NCBI GenBank assembly: GCA_009844885.1
Contig: VYAQ01000316.1
Location: forward strand, 21,168-85,167
Source of the DNA: Gemmatimonadota bacterium
GTDB taxonomy: Bacteria > Gemmatimonadota > Gemmatimonadetes > Longimicrobiales > Gaopeijiaceae
DNA: 64,000 nucleotides
Reading direction: 5' to 3'
Positions 31,547 to 42,410 of the stretch are shown here, one piece after another (position 1 is the stretch's first letter; each line of letters begins with the position of its first letter). Under the pieces are notes generated by a model. It searched no databases, had not been told where the DNA came from, and saw nothing but the letters and a program-made list of their open reading frames with translations. Position numbers and translations under genes: made by a program.

Positions 31547-33073
31547 TCACGTGCCGCGGCCCGGAGACATCCGGTGAAGTCCCGACCGCAACCGCAGCGC
31601 CTCCGCGACCTGAGGCGCATCGATGAGATCCCTGCCCCCGAGATCAGCGATCGTGCGCGCGACGCGCAGGGTACGGTGCACGGCACGCGCGGACAACTGG
31701 TAGGCAGCGACCCCGGCTTCCAGCAATTCGGCCCCTGTGTCCGACAGCGCACAGAATCTCAGTACATCGCGCGAGCGCATCATGGCGTTGCATGCCAGCG
31801 CGTCGCCGTGGCGGGCGGTCTGGCGCATCCTGGCCTCCCGGACGTGGTCGCGGGCCGCCTCCGTGCCCCAGGCCGGCACCCCGTCCCCCGCCGTGAGTTC
31901 CCTCCAGGTGACCGGGGGCATCCGGACCTGCAGATCGATCCTGTCCAGGAGGGGGCCCGAGAGGCGTGACCTGTAGCGGGCGATGTCCCGGTCCGCGCAG
32001 ATGCAACCCTCGCCGTCCAGTCCGCACGGGCACGGATTCATTGCCGCGATCAACTGGAAACCGGCCGGAAAGGTGACCGTGTGACGAACGCGCGCAATGC
32101 GGACACAGCCGGACTCGATCGGTTGCCGCAGCGTTTCGAGCACTCGCCGGCTGAATTCCGGCAGTTCATCGAGAAACAGTACCCCGAGATGCGCCAGACT
32201 GATCTCGCCCGGACGTGGCGGATTGCCTCCCCCGATGAGCCCTCCCGCCGAGATCGTGTGATGTGGCGCCCGGAAGGGTCGCCGGGTCTTCACGGGCCGA
32301 TCCCGGCTCAGGAGTCCGGCAACCGAATGTACCCTGGTGACCTCGAGCGACTCGGCCTCCCGCAACGGCGGGAGCAGTCCGGCAAGCCGCTTGGCGAGCA
32401 TCGTTTTCCCCGCGCCGGGCGGGCCCGCCATGAGGAGGCTGTGCCCGCCTGCGGCCGCGACCACCAACGCCCGCTTCGCCAGATGCTGGCCGCGGACATC
32501 CTCGAGGTCGGGAAGCGCCGGAGGGGGTCTCGCTGCGCCATCCGGAACAGGGAGCGGATCACGTTCTCCCCGGAGAATCCCCACAGTCTCTTCCAGCGAG
32601 GACACCGGCACCACCTCCACTCCCGGCACGGCAGACGCCTCGCGGGCGTTGCCCGCCGGCACGAAAAGGCGGCCAGTCCCTTCGGATCGGCAACTCATGG
32701 CGAGTGCAATCGCGCCCCGCACCGGTCGCACCGAGCCGTCGAGTCCCAGTTCACCGACGAAGGCAGCGTCGGCAGTCGCGTCCGCCGGCACGTGGTTCTC
32801 GGCCACCAGCAGCGCCACTGCGATCGGGAGGTCGAACCCCGAGCCCGACTTCGGAAGGTCCGCCGGCGCGAGGTTGACCGTCACGCGTCGGGGAGGAAAC
32901 GACAGCTCGGCCTGCGCGAACGCCGCGTAGACGCGCTCCTTTCCTTCGCGCACCGCACCCGCCGGCAGGCCGACGACCGTGAAGATGGGCAGTCCGTTGC
33001 GGACCTTTACCTCTACCCTGACCGGCTGTCCCTCGACGCCGTGCACCCAACAGGAATGAACGACTGCCAGCAT
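31547..33073 (-). CDS. comM: YifB/ComM family Mg-chelatase-like AAA+ protein
   Basis: ATG 33073: MLAVVHSCWVHGVEGQPVRVEVKVRNGLPIFTVVGLPAGAVREGKERV. Lon-like N-terminal domain, Walker A GPPGAGKT, and LFLDELPEF. Confidence 0.9.
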   Translation of the reverse strand: MLAVVHSCWVHGVEGQPVRVEVKVRNGLPIFTVVGLPAGAVREGKERVYAAFAQAELSFPPRRVTVNLAPADLPKSGSGFDLPIAVALLVAENHVPADATADAAFVGELGLDGSVRPVRGAIALAMSCRSEGTGRLFVPAGNAREASAVPGVEVVPVSSLEETVGILRGERDPLPVPDGAARPPPALPDLEDVRGQHLAKRALVVAAAGGHSLLMAGPPGAGKTMLAKRLAGLLPPLREAESLEVTRVHSVAGLLSRDRPVKTRRPFRAPHHTISAGGLIGGGNPPRPGEISLAHLGVLFLDELPEFSRRVLETLRQPIESGCVRIARVRHTVTFPAGFQLIAAMNPCPCGLDGEGCICADRDIARYRSRLSGPLLDRIDLQVRMPPVTWRELTAGDGVPAWGTEAARDHVREARMRQTARHGDALACNAMMRSRDVLRFCALSDTGAELLEAGVAAYQLSARAVHRTLRVARTIADLGGRDLIDAPQVAEALRLRSGLHRMSPGRGT

Positions 33074-33296
33074 GAACCCCTCCGTATGGCTGAATCGACC
33101 GGCTTCTGCGCGAACCGTGGACTGGACGCACGAAGGGTATTCCCGCAACGGGGGCGCTGGCATGGCTGAAACGGCCAGATTCAAGGACCCTCCGGTGCGG
33201 GCGGGGGGGATATGAGGGCCGACTGTGCGCGGGGGGCTGGCGAAACGCGTTGCAAGAGTGCAAGTTGGTCGGGTTTTTGACCGGGAGAATACACTG

Positions 33297-34433
33297 ATGA
33301 CAATCGCTATCCTGGCTGAGAGCCAACCGGGTGAACGCCGGGTCGCCTTCGTGCCCGACGTCTCGCGGCAGTACCGGAAGCGGGGCTGGGACCTTCGTAT
33401 CCAGGCCGGCGCCGGCGTCGGCGCCTCCTTCCCGGACGCGGACTACGCGGAGGTGGAGACCACGGTGGTGCCGGACCGCGACGCCCTGCTCGACGGAGCC
33501 CGCGTCGTCCTCAAGGTGCAGCCTCCTTCGCCGGAGGAGGTCGGCGCGCTGCCCTCCGGGGCCGTGCTGGTATGCCACCTCAACCCGCTGGGTCCGACCG
33601 ACGCCATCGAGGCGCTGGCGGACCGGGGCGTGACCTCGTTTGCGGTCGAACTGATCCCGAGGATCACGCGGGCGCAGAAGATGGACGTGCTGTCCTCGCA
33701 GGCGACGGTGGCGGGCTACAAGGCCGTTCTGATGGGCGCCGACGCCATGACGCGGTTCCTTCCCATGCTGACGACCGCGGCGGGCACGGTCCGTCCGGCA
33801 AAGGCGCTCGTCCTGGGCGCGGGGGTGGCCGGACTCCAGGCCATCGCGACCGCGCGCCGCCTGGGAGCGGTGGTCTCGGCGTTCGACATCCGGCCCGCCG
33901 TGAAGGAGCAGGTACAGAGCCTCGGCGCGAAGTTCCTGGAGGCCGCGCTGGATGAGAGCTCCGAAGACGAGGGAGGCTACGCCAAGGCGCTCTCCGAGGA
34001 GCAGCACCAGCGCGAACTGGAGTTGATCGCGGCCAACATCAGGGACCAGGACCTGGTCATCACGACGGCACAGATCCCGGGCAGAGCCGCCCCCGTGCTC
34101 ATCACGGAGGAGATGGTTGCAAGCATGCGGCCCGGCAGCGCGATCGTCGATCTCGCCTCCGAATCGGGCGGCAACTGCGAGGTCACGGTGGCCGGCGAGT
34201 CGGTCGACCACGGCGGCGTGACCGTGATGGGGCCGACGAACCTGCCGGCCGAGCTGCCCTTCCACGCCAGCCAGATGTACTCCCGCAACCTGGCCAGCTT
34301 CGTGGACGACCTCTTCGACGATGAGGGAGAGATCGACTTCGACGACGAAATCACCGCCGCCACCTGCGTCACCCACGGCGGCGAAATCAGGAACGAACGC
34401 GTCAGAGCGACGCTGGCGTCCGCTACGGAGTGA
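33297..34433 (+). CDS. pntAA: NAD(P) transhydrogenase subunit alpha, part 1 (dI)
   Basis: ATG 33297 with GGGAGA 8 nt upstream: MTIAILAESQPGERRVAFVPD... Rossmann motif LVLGAGVAGLQAIATARRLGAVV. Confidence 0.9.
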   Translation: MTIAILAESQPGERRVAFVPDVSRQYRKRGWDLRIQAGAGVGASFPDADYAEVETTVVPDRDALLDGARVVLKVQPPSPEEVGALPSGAVLVCHLNPLGPTDAIEALADRGVTSFAVELIPRITRAQKMDVLSSQATVAGYKAVLMGADAMTRFLPMLTTAAGTVRPAKALVLGAGVAGLQAIATARRLGAVVSAFDIRPAVKEQVQSLGAKFLEAALDESSEDEGGYAKALSEEQHQRELELIAANIRDQDLVITTAQIPGRAAPVLITEEMVASMRPGSAIVDLASESGGNCEVTVAGESVDHGGVTVMGPTNLPAELPFHASQMYSRNLASFVDDLFDDEGEIDFDDEITAATCVTHGGEIRNERVRATLASATE

Positions 34434-34440
34434 CGAACCC

Positions 34441-34719
34441 ATGGGTGAACTGCTGATCCTGCTGTACATCTTCGTACTCGCCACCCTCGCCGGGAAGGAG
34501 GTGATCTCGAAGGTCCCCCCGACCCTGCACACACCGCTGATGTCCGGCGCGAACGCGATCTCGGGCATCGCCATCATCGGCGCCCTGGTCGTCACCGGTG
34601 CCGCCGACCAACCGTGGGTGAAGGTCCTCGGAACCGCGGGAATCGTGATGGCGACGATCAACGTGGTCGGCGGCTTCATGGTGACCGACCGCATGTTGCA
34701 GATGTTCCGGAAACGCTGA
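34441..34719 (+). CDS. pntAB: NAD(P) transhydrogenase subunit alpha, part 2 (membrane dII-a)
   Basis: 92-aa three-TM protein MGELLILLYIFVLATLAGKEVISKVPPTLHTPLMSGANAISGIAIIGAL. Confidence 0.88.
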   Translation: MGELLILLYIFVLATLAGKEVISKVPPTLHTPLMSGANAISGIAIIGALVVTGAADQPWVKVLGTAGIVMATINVVGGFMVTDRMLQMFRKR

Positions 34720-34726
34720 GGTCAAC

Positions 34727-36157
<1,431 letters not shown>

Positions 36158-36205
36158 TGGCGAGGCCTGGCCTGTAGGGGACCCGGTTTCGCGCCGCGGC
36201 TGGAC

Positions 36206-37636
36206 TCAGCCCGTCACCGCCCCGACGCCGGCGCGCAACGCCTTCCACGTCGAGTCGACATGTTTCGCACGCGTGTGGATGTTGCCGATCGCGAAGCGCA
36301 GCCACATCTCCCCGTCGATCTCCGTCTGTGCCAGAAAGGCGGTCCCGCTCCGGTTGACGTGATCGATGAGCGCGAGATTGAGGGCGTCGCGCCGCTTGCC
36401 GTCGGCGGCGGCCGGCGCGTGGCGCAGGACGACCAGCGAAAACGGGGTTGGACGCCAGCGCTCCCAGCCCGGTTCGGCGTCGACCCTTTCGGCGAGCCGC
36501 CTGGCGAGGGCAATGTGGCGCGCCAGATGCGCGCGCAGACCCTTCTGGCCGAAGTACCGCATGACGAACCACAGCTTGAGGGCGCGGAACCGACGGCCGA
36601 GCGCCAGACCGTGGTCCATGAGGTGCGTGACTCCCTGCTCGCGCGTTTCCAGGTACGCCGGCGTCAGGGAGAAGGCGGCGCGCAGCGCGGCCGGGTCGCG
36701 GACATAGAGGACCGAGCAGTCGACCGGGGTGAAGAGCCACTTGTGCGGATTGATCACGATCGAATCCGCGCGCTCCCAGCCCGCGAAGTGGGCAGCCATG
36801 GTCGGCAGCGCGGCCGCCACGCCGGCGTAGGCCGCGTCCACGTGCAGCCAGATGCCCCGCTCCGCCGTGACCTCGGCGACCCCGGCGATCGGATCGACCG
36901 CGTTGATCGACGTGCTTCCGATCGTCGCCACCACCGCAAGGGGGCGACATCCTGACGCAGCGTCACGGTCGATCGCGTCGGCGAGGGCTGCCGGGTCCAT
37001 GCCCCGCTGTGGACCCGTGGCCACCACGCGTGCGCCTTCGCGGCCGAGACCCAGCGCGTGCACTGCCTTCAGCACCGACGAGTGAGCCTCGGCGGTCGTA
37101 TACACGCGTCCCGGCGGCCCTCCGGCCAGACCCCGCTCCCGGGCCTCGGGCAGCAGTTTCTCCCGTGCCGCGGCCAGCGCGGAAAAGGTGGAGGTGGAAG
37201 CGGTATCGTTGATCGTGCCGATGAAGTCCGGCGGCAACCCCAGGAAGCCGCGCAGCCAGTCCAGGGTGACCTCTTCCAGCTCCGTTGCCGCGGGGGAACT
37301 CTTCCACACCATCGCGTTGACGTTGAGCGCCGCGGCGAGCAGCTCCGCCAGAATCCCGGGACCCGATCCGGAGATCGCGAAGTACGCGAAGAACGCCGGA
37401 TGATTCCAGTGCGTGACGCCGGGCAGAACCACCCCCTCGAAGTCCCGGAGCAGCGCTTCCATCGTCTCGCCGGTCTGCGGCGCCTCGCTTCCGAGCGCAT
37501 TGCGCACCTCGCCCGGCTGGACCCTGGCCAGAACCGGGTACTCGTCGATCCCCGCCAGATAGTCGGCGACCCAGTCGACAAAGCGGTGGCCCGACTCGCG
37601 GAACTCGCCGGGAGGCATCCCGCCCGGTGCGGGCAT
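36206..37636 (-). CDS. Pyridoxal-dependent (group II) aromatic-L-amino-acid/tyrosine-type decarboxylase
   Basis: FRESGHRFVDWVADYLAGIDEYPV...VTHWNHPAFFAYFAISGSGPGILAELL...SIVINPHKWLFTPVDCSVLYV (PLP-lysine motif N-P-H-K-W). Confidence 0.88.
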   Translation of the reverse strand: MPAPGGMPPGEFRESGHRFVDWVADYLAGIDEYPVLARVQPGEVRNALGSEAPQTGETMEALLRDFEGVVLPGVTHWNHPAFFAYFAISGSGPGILAELLAAALNVNAMVWKSSPAATELEEVTLDWLRGFLGLPPDFIGTINDTASTSTFSALAAAREKLLPEARERGLAGGPPGRVYTTAEAHSSVLKAVHALGLGREGARVVATGPQRGMDPAALADAIDRDAASGCRPLAVVATIGSTSINAVDPIAGVAEVTAERGIWLHVDAAYAGVAAALPTMAAHFAGWERADSIVINPHKWLFTPVDCSVLYVRDPAALRAAFSLTPAYLETREQGVTHLMDHGLALGRRFRALKLWFVMRYFGQKGLRAHLARHIALARRLAERVDAEPGWERWRPTPFSLVVLRHAPAAADGKRRDALNLALIDHVNRSGTAFLAQTEIDGEMWLRFAIGNIHTRAKHVDSTWKALRAGVGAVTG

Positions 37637-37639
37637 CGT

Positions 37640-38254
37640 CTACCCTCGCTGCGGGACCACGATCCGCCGGCCCTCCGCCTGGAGTGTGCGGATCTGTTCG
37701 CAAACCTCGTTCAGGTCGTCGGCATCGAGGGGGGCCGGAACACCCGAGTCATGGATCAGGCTGAAGAACAGGAGGTCCGTGTGGCCGACGCTGGCCTGCG
37801 TCACCCCGATGTCGACGGCCCGGTTGAGGTGGAGGATCTCGCGAAGCGGCAACCCATCCTCGGTTCTCGGGGGAGGACGCTCGAACATCATCCTCAGGAT
37901 GACTTCCCGCAGCAGCTGGAATTCCTCGATCACTTCGCCGGCGGAAAGCCCGCGCCGGGCGGCCACTGATCCGAAGAGTTCGGCACCTTCCGACCAGAGC
38001 GGCAGGATCTGGGCCCGGTAGGCGCTGAGCATGCCGGGCAGAAAGGACACCAGCCCGCGGCAGAGCGGCCTCGCGACCGGACGGACGTCCCTCGCCCAGG
38101 ATTCGCCGTTCGCCAACAGTCCCGACGCCCAGCGCTCGGCGATCCCCGGAGAACGCTCGTCGATCCACCCTGCAATGCCGACGGGAACGGGAAGGGTACG
38201 TCCGCTTGCCCGCGAGTTCGAATCGCCGGGCCGGGCTGGAGTCATCTGAAGCAC
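37640..38254 (-). CDS. Hypothetical protein (helical; no family recognised)
   Basis: 204-aa ORF. Its stop lies 3 nt before the decarboxylase start and its start lies 39 nt after the giant kinase stop, so it fits operon packing. The track start is GTG 38254, with an in-frame ATG at 38245. Confidence 0.5.
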   Translation of the reverse strand: MLQMTPARPGDSNSRASGRTLPVPVGIAGWIDERSPGIAERWASGLLANGESWARDVRPVARPLCRGLVSFLPGMLSAYRAQILPLWSEGAELFGSVAARRGLSAGEVIEEFQLLREVILRMMFERPPPRTEDGLPLREILHLNRAVDIGVTQASVGHTDLLFFSLIHDSGVPAPLDADDLNEVCEQIRTLQAEGRRIVVPQRG

Positions 38255-38293
38255 AGGATCATTCTACTCTCGCACGACCGGGCCGCCAAGGTC

Positions 38294-41200
38294 CTAATGC
38301 CGCTCCTCCGCCTGCGGATCATGCACCTGCAGACCGATTCTCACACGGGTGCCCCGGCCGACCTTGCTCTGAACGTCCACCGTACCACCCCACGAATCGA
38401 CGAGCCGCTTGGCAATCGCGAGCCCGAGACCGGTTCCCGTGGACCGCGTCGAGAACTGCGGCTCGAAAATACGTGGGAGCAGCTCGTCGGGGATGCCGGA
38501 CCCCTCATCCTCCACGATCACCGCCACTATTTGCGACCCGTCCGATGGCTCGACAGCGCCGATGCGCACCACGCCGCCGCCAGGCATCGCGGCCCGCGCG
38601 TTCTCCAGCAGGTTGAGCAGGACCTCCTTGAGTTCGTCCGGGCGCGCGACAACCCGAGGTAGCGTGGCCGGCAATTCGCTTTCAAAACGAATCGCGGTTT
38701 CGCCACCGCCCTGGTAAAGGTTCAGGAGTTCCCTGATCACCTCGCCCGGGTCGACCGCGACCAGCGGGCCCGCGTCGGCGGCGCCGGGCGACGCCAGCCG
38801 GGAGAAACCACGCGCGATCGAGGCGAGCCGGTCGATCTCGCCCAGTATCGCGCCCACGTTCCTGTCCAGGATTCGGCCGAAATCGCTTCTCCTGTCGTTC
38901 CACGCACGCCGCAGATGCTGCACCGAGAGCTTGATCGGCGTCAGCGGGTTCTTCACCTCGTGGGCGACCTGCTTCGCCATTTCACCCCAGGCCAGAATCC
39001 TCTCGCTGCGGAGTTCATCGGTGACGTCCTCGAGATTGACCACAACGCCGCCCCCGCGGCCCTCCTGTACGATGCGCCTGGCTCGCACCTGGATTCGCTT
39101 GCCGCCCCATCTGAAGTCCCCATCCGCCTCCACGGAACCGCTCCGCATGTAGCCGTCGAGCCACGCAGCCAGTTCCGCCGCGTACTTGCCCGCTCGTGGC
39201 ACGGGCTCGCCGGTCACCAGGGACGTTGCCAGCAGCGACTCCGCACGCGGGTTGGCCACGGTCACGTGCCCGGTCGGGTTCACCGCGATCACCCCCGTGG
39301 CCGCTTCCTCCACGATCGCTTCTGTGCGCCTCGTCGTCCGCAACAGCTCCTGGCGCGCGTCGTCCAGGCGCAGCACCATGCGGTTGAACGCCGCGAAGAC
39401 CGATCCGAACTCGTCGACGCGGTCCTCCGGCAGGTGCACGGCCAGATTGCCGCTCCCCACCCGCTCGGAGGCCACCTGCAGTGTCTGGATCGGCCGCGTC
39501 AACGCCCTGCCCACGAAGAGGGCGAGTCCCAGCGACAGAATCGGGCCGAGCACGATGGCGAATCCGAGCAGGTCGGCGACGTCCCGCCGGCGCAACGCGG
39601 CCGCACCCGCCCGCAACGGGACCGGAGACGCCACGATGTCGCCATCGGGCAGGCGTCTGTGCGCGATCACGTAGCGCCAGTCGCCGAGGTTCTCCACCTG
39701 GGTCGCCCGGAGTCTCTGCCGTGTTTCCAGCGCATCGTAGATGTCGGGGTCCACCCACCCCTCGTAGAGCCCCAGTTCGATCAGCTCATCGACCGAGCCG
39801 CCCACGAGCTCACCCTCGCGGTATTCCAGCAGATCCGCGCCCACGCGCCGCGCCAGCAACTCCATCGACCCACCCTCCTCCAGGTATGCCTCGGCGATCT
39901 GCGCGACCACCCGCTCCGCCAGTGCCGTGGCGGTGCGTTCCGAGGCACCGGCCAGCGTACGATAGGCGAGCGTGCCAAAGAGCACATTGGACAGGATGAA
40001 GAACCCGAAGAGCGTGAGGGTCACCCGTGCGCGGAACGACGTGAGCAGACCCCGCCAGTCGACTCGCGCCGGAAGCCTGAATCCCAGGATGGTGACGCTG
40101 AGCAGCCACAGGGCCGAGAACACGGCGAGACCGAGAGCCATCAGCAATGTCGCCCGCGCCAGCATGACCGAGAGGTTGGGGATGCTGATGGTATAGAAGA
40201 CCGAATACGGGCCGTCGGGGTATTGAGCCACACCTTCGGCCCTCCACCCTTCCTGGTTGCGTCTCCATTCCACCTCCCGCGCCCCTTCCGCATCCTGACC
40301 CGGAGGGGTCTGGACCAGCGTCAGGAACTCCTGGTCGCCCTCCTCCTCAACCGAGGCGAACAGCGGACCTAGGGGTGACGGCGCGTCGATGGTGCGCCTC
40401 GGGGGAATGGTCCCGGTCACGAGCCGGCCGTCGGCCAGTGAAACGGCGATGAGGTGGTGGACGTCGAGGTCGTCCGGATCATGGTACTCGCCCGTCCCGG
40501 CCGACCGGAGTTGGGGGAGGAGGTCGACAACGACATCCGGACGGTCGCCCTTGACGCCCAGCCGCAGTTCCTGCACGGGGACATCGTCCGCCGACCACAA
40601 CGTCAGGAACATGGCGGTTCCCCTGCCGGCGAGGTCGCTGCCGACCCAGGCCTGGTACATCATCTCCACGTCTCCGGCGCCCGCCCGGTCCAGCGAATCG
40701 ATCTGCTCCGCAAAGCGCTCCAGCAGCGGTTCGACACCCGGTTCCGACGTGACGCCGAGACGTCGCATCTGCTCCTCGGCGATCGTCATGCGCGCCTCCG
40801 TGCGCATTGACCACGTGAACGGCAGAACCGCGGTTGCGGACAACCAGAAGGAGCAGAACCAGTGGAGGTACGACTGTGGACGGAATCCCCCGAGTCCACG
40901 AGCCACCGCCACCGCGGGTACGCCCCACAGCGCCGCCAGCAGCGGAGCGACGGCAGGTCCGGTCCGCACGGCGATGGCCACCAGGATCCCGAGTGCACCG
41001 GCTGCCGCGAGGCCAAGCGCCACGAACCCGGGTCCGCCCCCCGCCCCGGCTCCGGGGCGCCAGGCGAGCGCGACCGACCCAACAACGGCCAGGATCATGG
41101 CGACAGTGGTCTGGAAAACGATCCAGCGGCCGTCCGTAGTCCCCATGAGTTCCGGCGATGCGCTTCCCTCCATCCACGCGAGGACCAGCGGAAACAACAC

Positions 41201-42364
41201 GGCCACCACCAGCGGCGGGGCCCACCCCCCGATTCCCGGACGCCATCTCGGCAGGGTCAGCACGGCGGCCGGCATGATCGCGATGCACAGCAGAACGACA
41301 CGCCCCAGTGTCAGCGGCACCGGGCCGAGAAGCGCGAACGTGGCCGGATCCACCAGCTCCGGCCTTCTGAACAGCCCGTCCAGGGGCAGCACGGCTGCAC
41401 CGATTCCCAGCATCGCGACCGAGTACGCGAGGTTGGCCCTCGGGACGCCGAAGGACAGGACAAGCCACACCAGCGCAGCGAGCGCGGCGACAATCCTGGC
41501 CCAGCGACCCCGCTCCTCCGCGCGCCGCACGTCCTGTGCCGGCTCGTCGATCGTGATGCTGAGGAGCGTCTCGTCGGGCCATCCGAAATCGAATACGCCC
41601 GGTCCCGATGTCCGGTCCGAGCGCGAGATCCTGATCCGCTCGCCGGTCTGTTCGCGGAAGCGGGACGAAAAATCACCCAGCCCCGAGGCGAAGAACTCCG
41701 GCAGGTCCGAACGGACCAGCACCGCCACCACCGCCGTACCGCGGGCTTCCGGGAGCATCCTGGTGAAGTACAGGTACGAGAACAGCGGCGTCCCCGCATA
41801 CGCATACCGCCCCATCTGCGCGAGAACATCCTTCGGGAGCCGGCCCTGATGACTCCCCTCCCAGGCAAGCAGCCCGCCATCGGAACCGATGACGGCCGCC
41901 GCGGTCATCCCCGTGTCCTCCAGCAGGGTCCGAAGCGAGTCCTGCAGAGGCCCGTCTCCAACGTCCACCGAGGCGGCGCGCGCCAGCCGGTCTACCGTGG
42001 CATCGCCCTGGACCACCAGCGCGTCGAACTCCGCGGCCAGCTGCTCGGCGACGCTCTCGCGCCGCTCCTCCCAGTACTGGTCCCAGCCTTCGGCAAAGCG
42101 ACGATCGGCGGCGTCTCCCAAAAAGCCGGCGACCACACCCGCGGAAAGCAGGACGACCGAGATGCCGTGGCGCCAGCCGCCCTGCTTCCCTACGGCGGCC
42201 CACGACAGGAGCAGAGCGGCGGCCGCGAGCAACCAGGTAGTGTCGAGGCGCGTCCACACGACAAGACAGAAGAGCCCCGCCCATAGAAGATGGCCGGCGG
42301 ACTCCGACCTCTCCGCGGAGGTGTTCCGGCCGGTCACGGGCTGCGGGGCTCCGGCGAGTCCCAC
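38294..42364 (-). CDS. Very large (1356 aa) membrane sensor histidine kinase, NtrY-like C-terminus (HAMP-PAS-HisKA-HATPase_c)
   Basis: The C-terminal third contains a HAMP region (LTRPIQTLQVASERVGSGNLAVHLPEDRVDEFGSVFAAFNRM), a PAS-like segment, the H-box WGEMAKQVAHEVKNPLTPIKLSVQHLRR (His codon ~38962..38960), N-box LLNLLENA, and G-boxes EDEGSGIP and GTGLGLAIAKRLV. The N-terminal ~850 aa contain at least three clusters of TM helices separated by soluble segments. GTG start at 42364. Confidence 0.85.
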   Translation of the reverse strand: MGLAGAPQPVTGRNTSAERSESAGHLLWAGLFCLVVWTRLDTTWLLAAAALLLSWAAVGKQGGWRHGISVVLLSAGVVAGFLGDAADRRFAEGWDQYWEERRESVAEQLAAEFDALVVQGDATVDRLARAASVDVGDGPLQDSLRTLLEDTGMTAAAVIGSDGGLLAWEGSHQGRLPKDVLAQMGRYAYAGTPLFSYLYFTRMLPEARGTAVVAVLVRSDLPEFFASGLGDFSSRFREQTGERIRISRSDRTSGPGVFDFGWPDETLLSITIDEPAQDVRRAEERGRWARIVAALAALVWLVLSFGVPRANLAYSVAMLGIGAAVLPLDGLFRRPELVDPATFALLGPVPLTLGRVVLLCIAIMPAAVLTLPRWRPGIGGWAPPLVVAVLFPLVLAWMEGSASPELMGTTDGRWIVFQTTVAMILAVVGSVALAWRPGAGAGGGPGFVALGLAAAGALGILVAIAVRTGPAVAPLLAALWGVPAVAVARGLGGFRPQSYLHWFCSFWLSATAVLPFTWSMRTEARMTIAEEQMRRLGVTSEPGVEPLLERFAEQIDSLDRAGAGDVEMMYQAWVGSDLAGRGTAMFLTLWSADDVPVQELRLGVKGDRPDVVVDLLPQLRSAGTGEYHDPDDLDVHHLIAVSLADGRLVTGTIPPRRTIDAPSPLGPLFASVEEEGDQEFLTLVQTPPGQDAEGAREVEWRRNQEGWRAEGVAQYPDGPYSVFYTISIPNLSVMLARATLLMALGLAVFSALWLLSVTILGFRLPARVDWRGLLTSFRARVTLTLFGFFILSNVLFGTLAYRTLAGASERTATALAERVVAQIAEAYLEEGGSMELLARRVGADLLEYREGELVGGSVDELIELGLYEGWVDPDIYDALETRQRLRATQVENLGDWRYVIAHRRLPDGDIVASPVPLRAGAAALRRRDVADLLGFAIVLGPILSLGLALFVGRALTRPIQTLQVASERVGSGNLAVHLPEDRVDEFGSVFAAFNRMVLRLDDARQELLRTTRRTEAIVEEAATGVIAVNPTGHVTVANPRAESLLATSLVTGEPVPRAGKYAAELAAWLDGYMRSGSVEADGDFRWGGKRIQVRARRIVQEGRGGGVVVNLEDVTDELRSERILAWGEMAKQVAHEVKNPLTPIKLSVQHLRRAWNDRRSDFGRILDRNVGAILGEIDRLASIARGFSRLASPGAADAGPLVAVDPGEVIRELLNLYQGGGETAIRFESELPATLPRVVARPDELKEVLLNLLENARAAMPGGGVVRIGAVEPSDGSQIVAVIVEDEGSGIPDELLPRIFEPQFSTRSTGTGLGLAIAKRLVDSWGGTVDVQSKVGRGTRVRIGLQVHDPQAEERH

Positions 42365-42410
42365 TTGGACATAGGCCTGACCCCTTCCTTTTGCCGTTAT
42401 TGTTAATCTA

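Noticed and set aside
33250-33264. Direct repeat TGCAAG-ag-TGCAAG in the comM/pntAA divergent region, considered as a regulator-binding site
   Set aside because: It is too short to distinguish from chance, and I could see no supporting palindrome or conserved spacing.
32751-34694. 647-aa minus-strand ORF
   Set aside because: It is antisense to pntAA/pntAB and overlaps the comM 5' end. No motifs; R/G/H/D-rich.
38915-42286. Three long plus-strand ORFs (485, 486 and 474 aa)
   Set aside because: All are antisense to the giant histidine-kinase gene. Their translations are Arg/Pro/His-rich low complexity.
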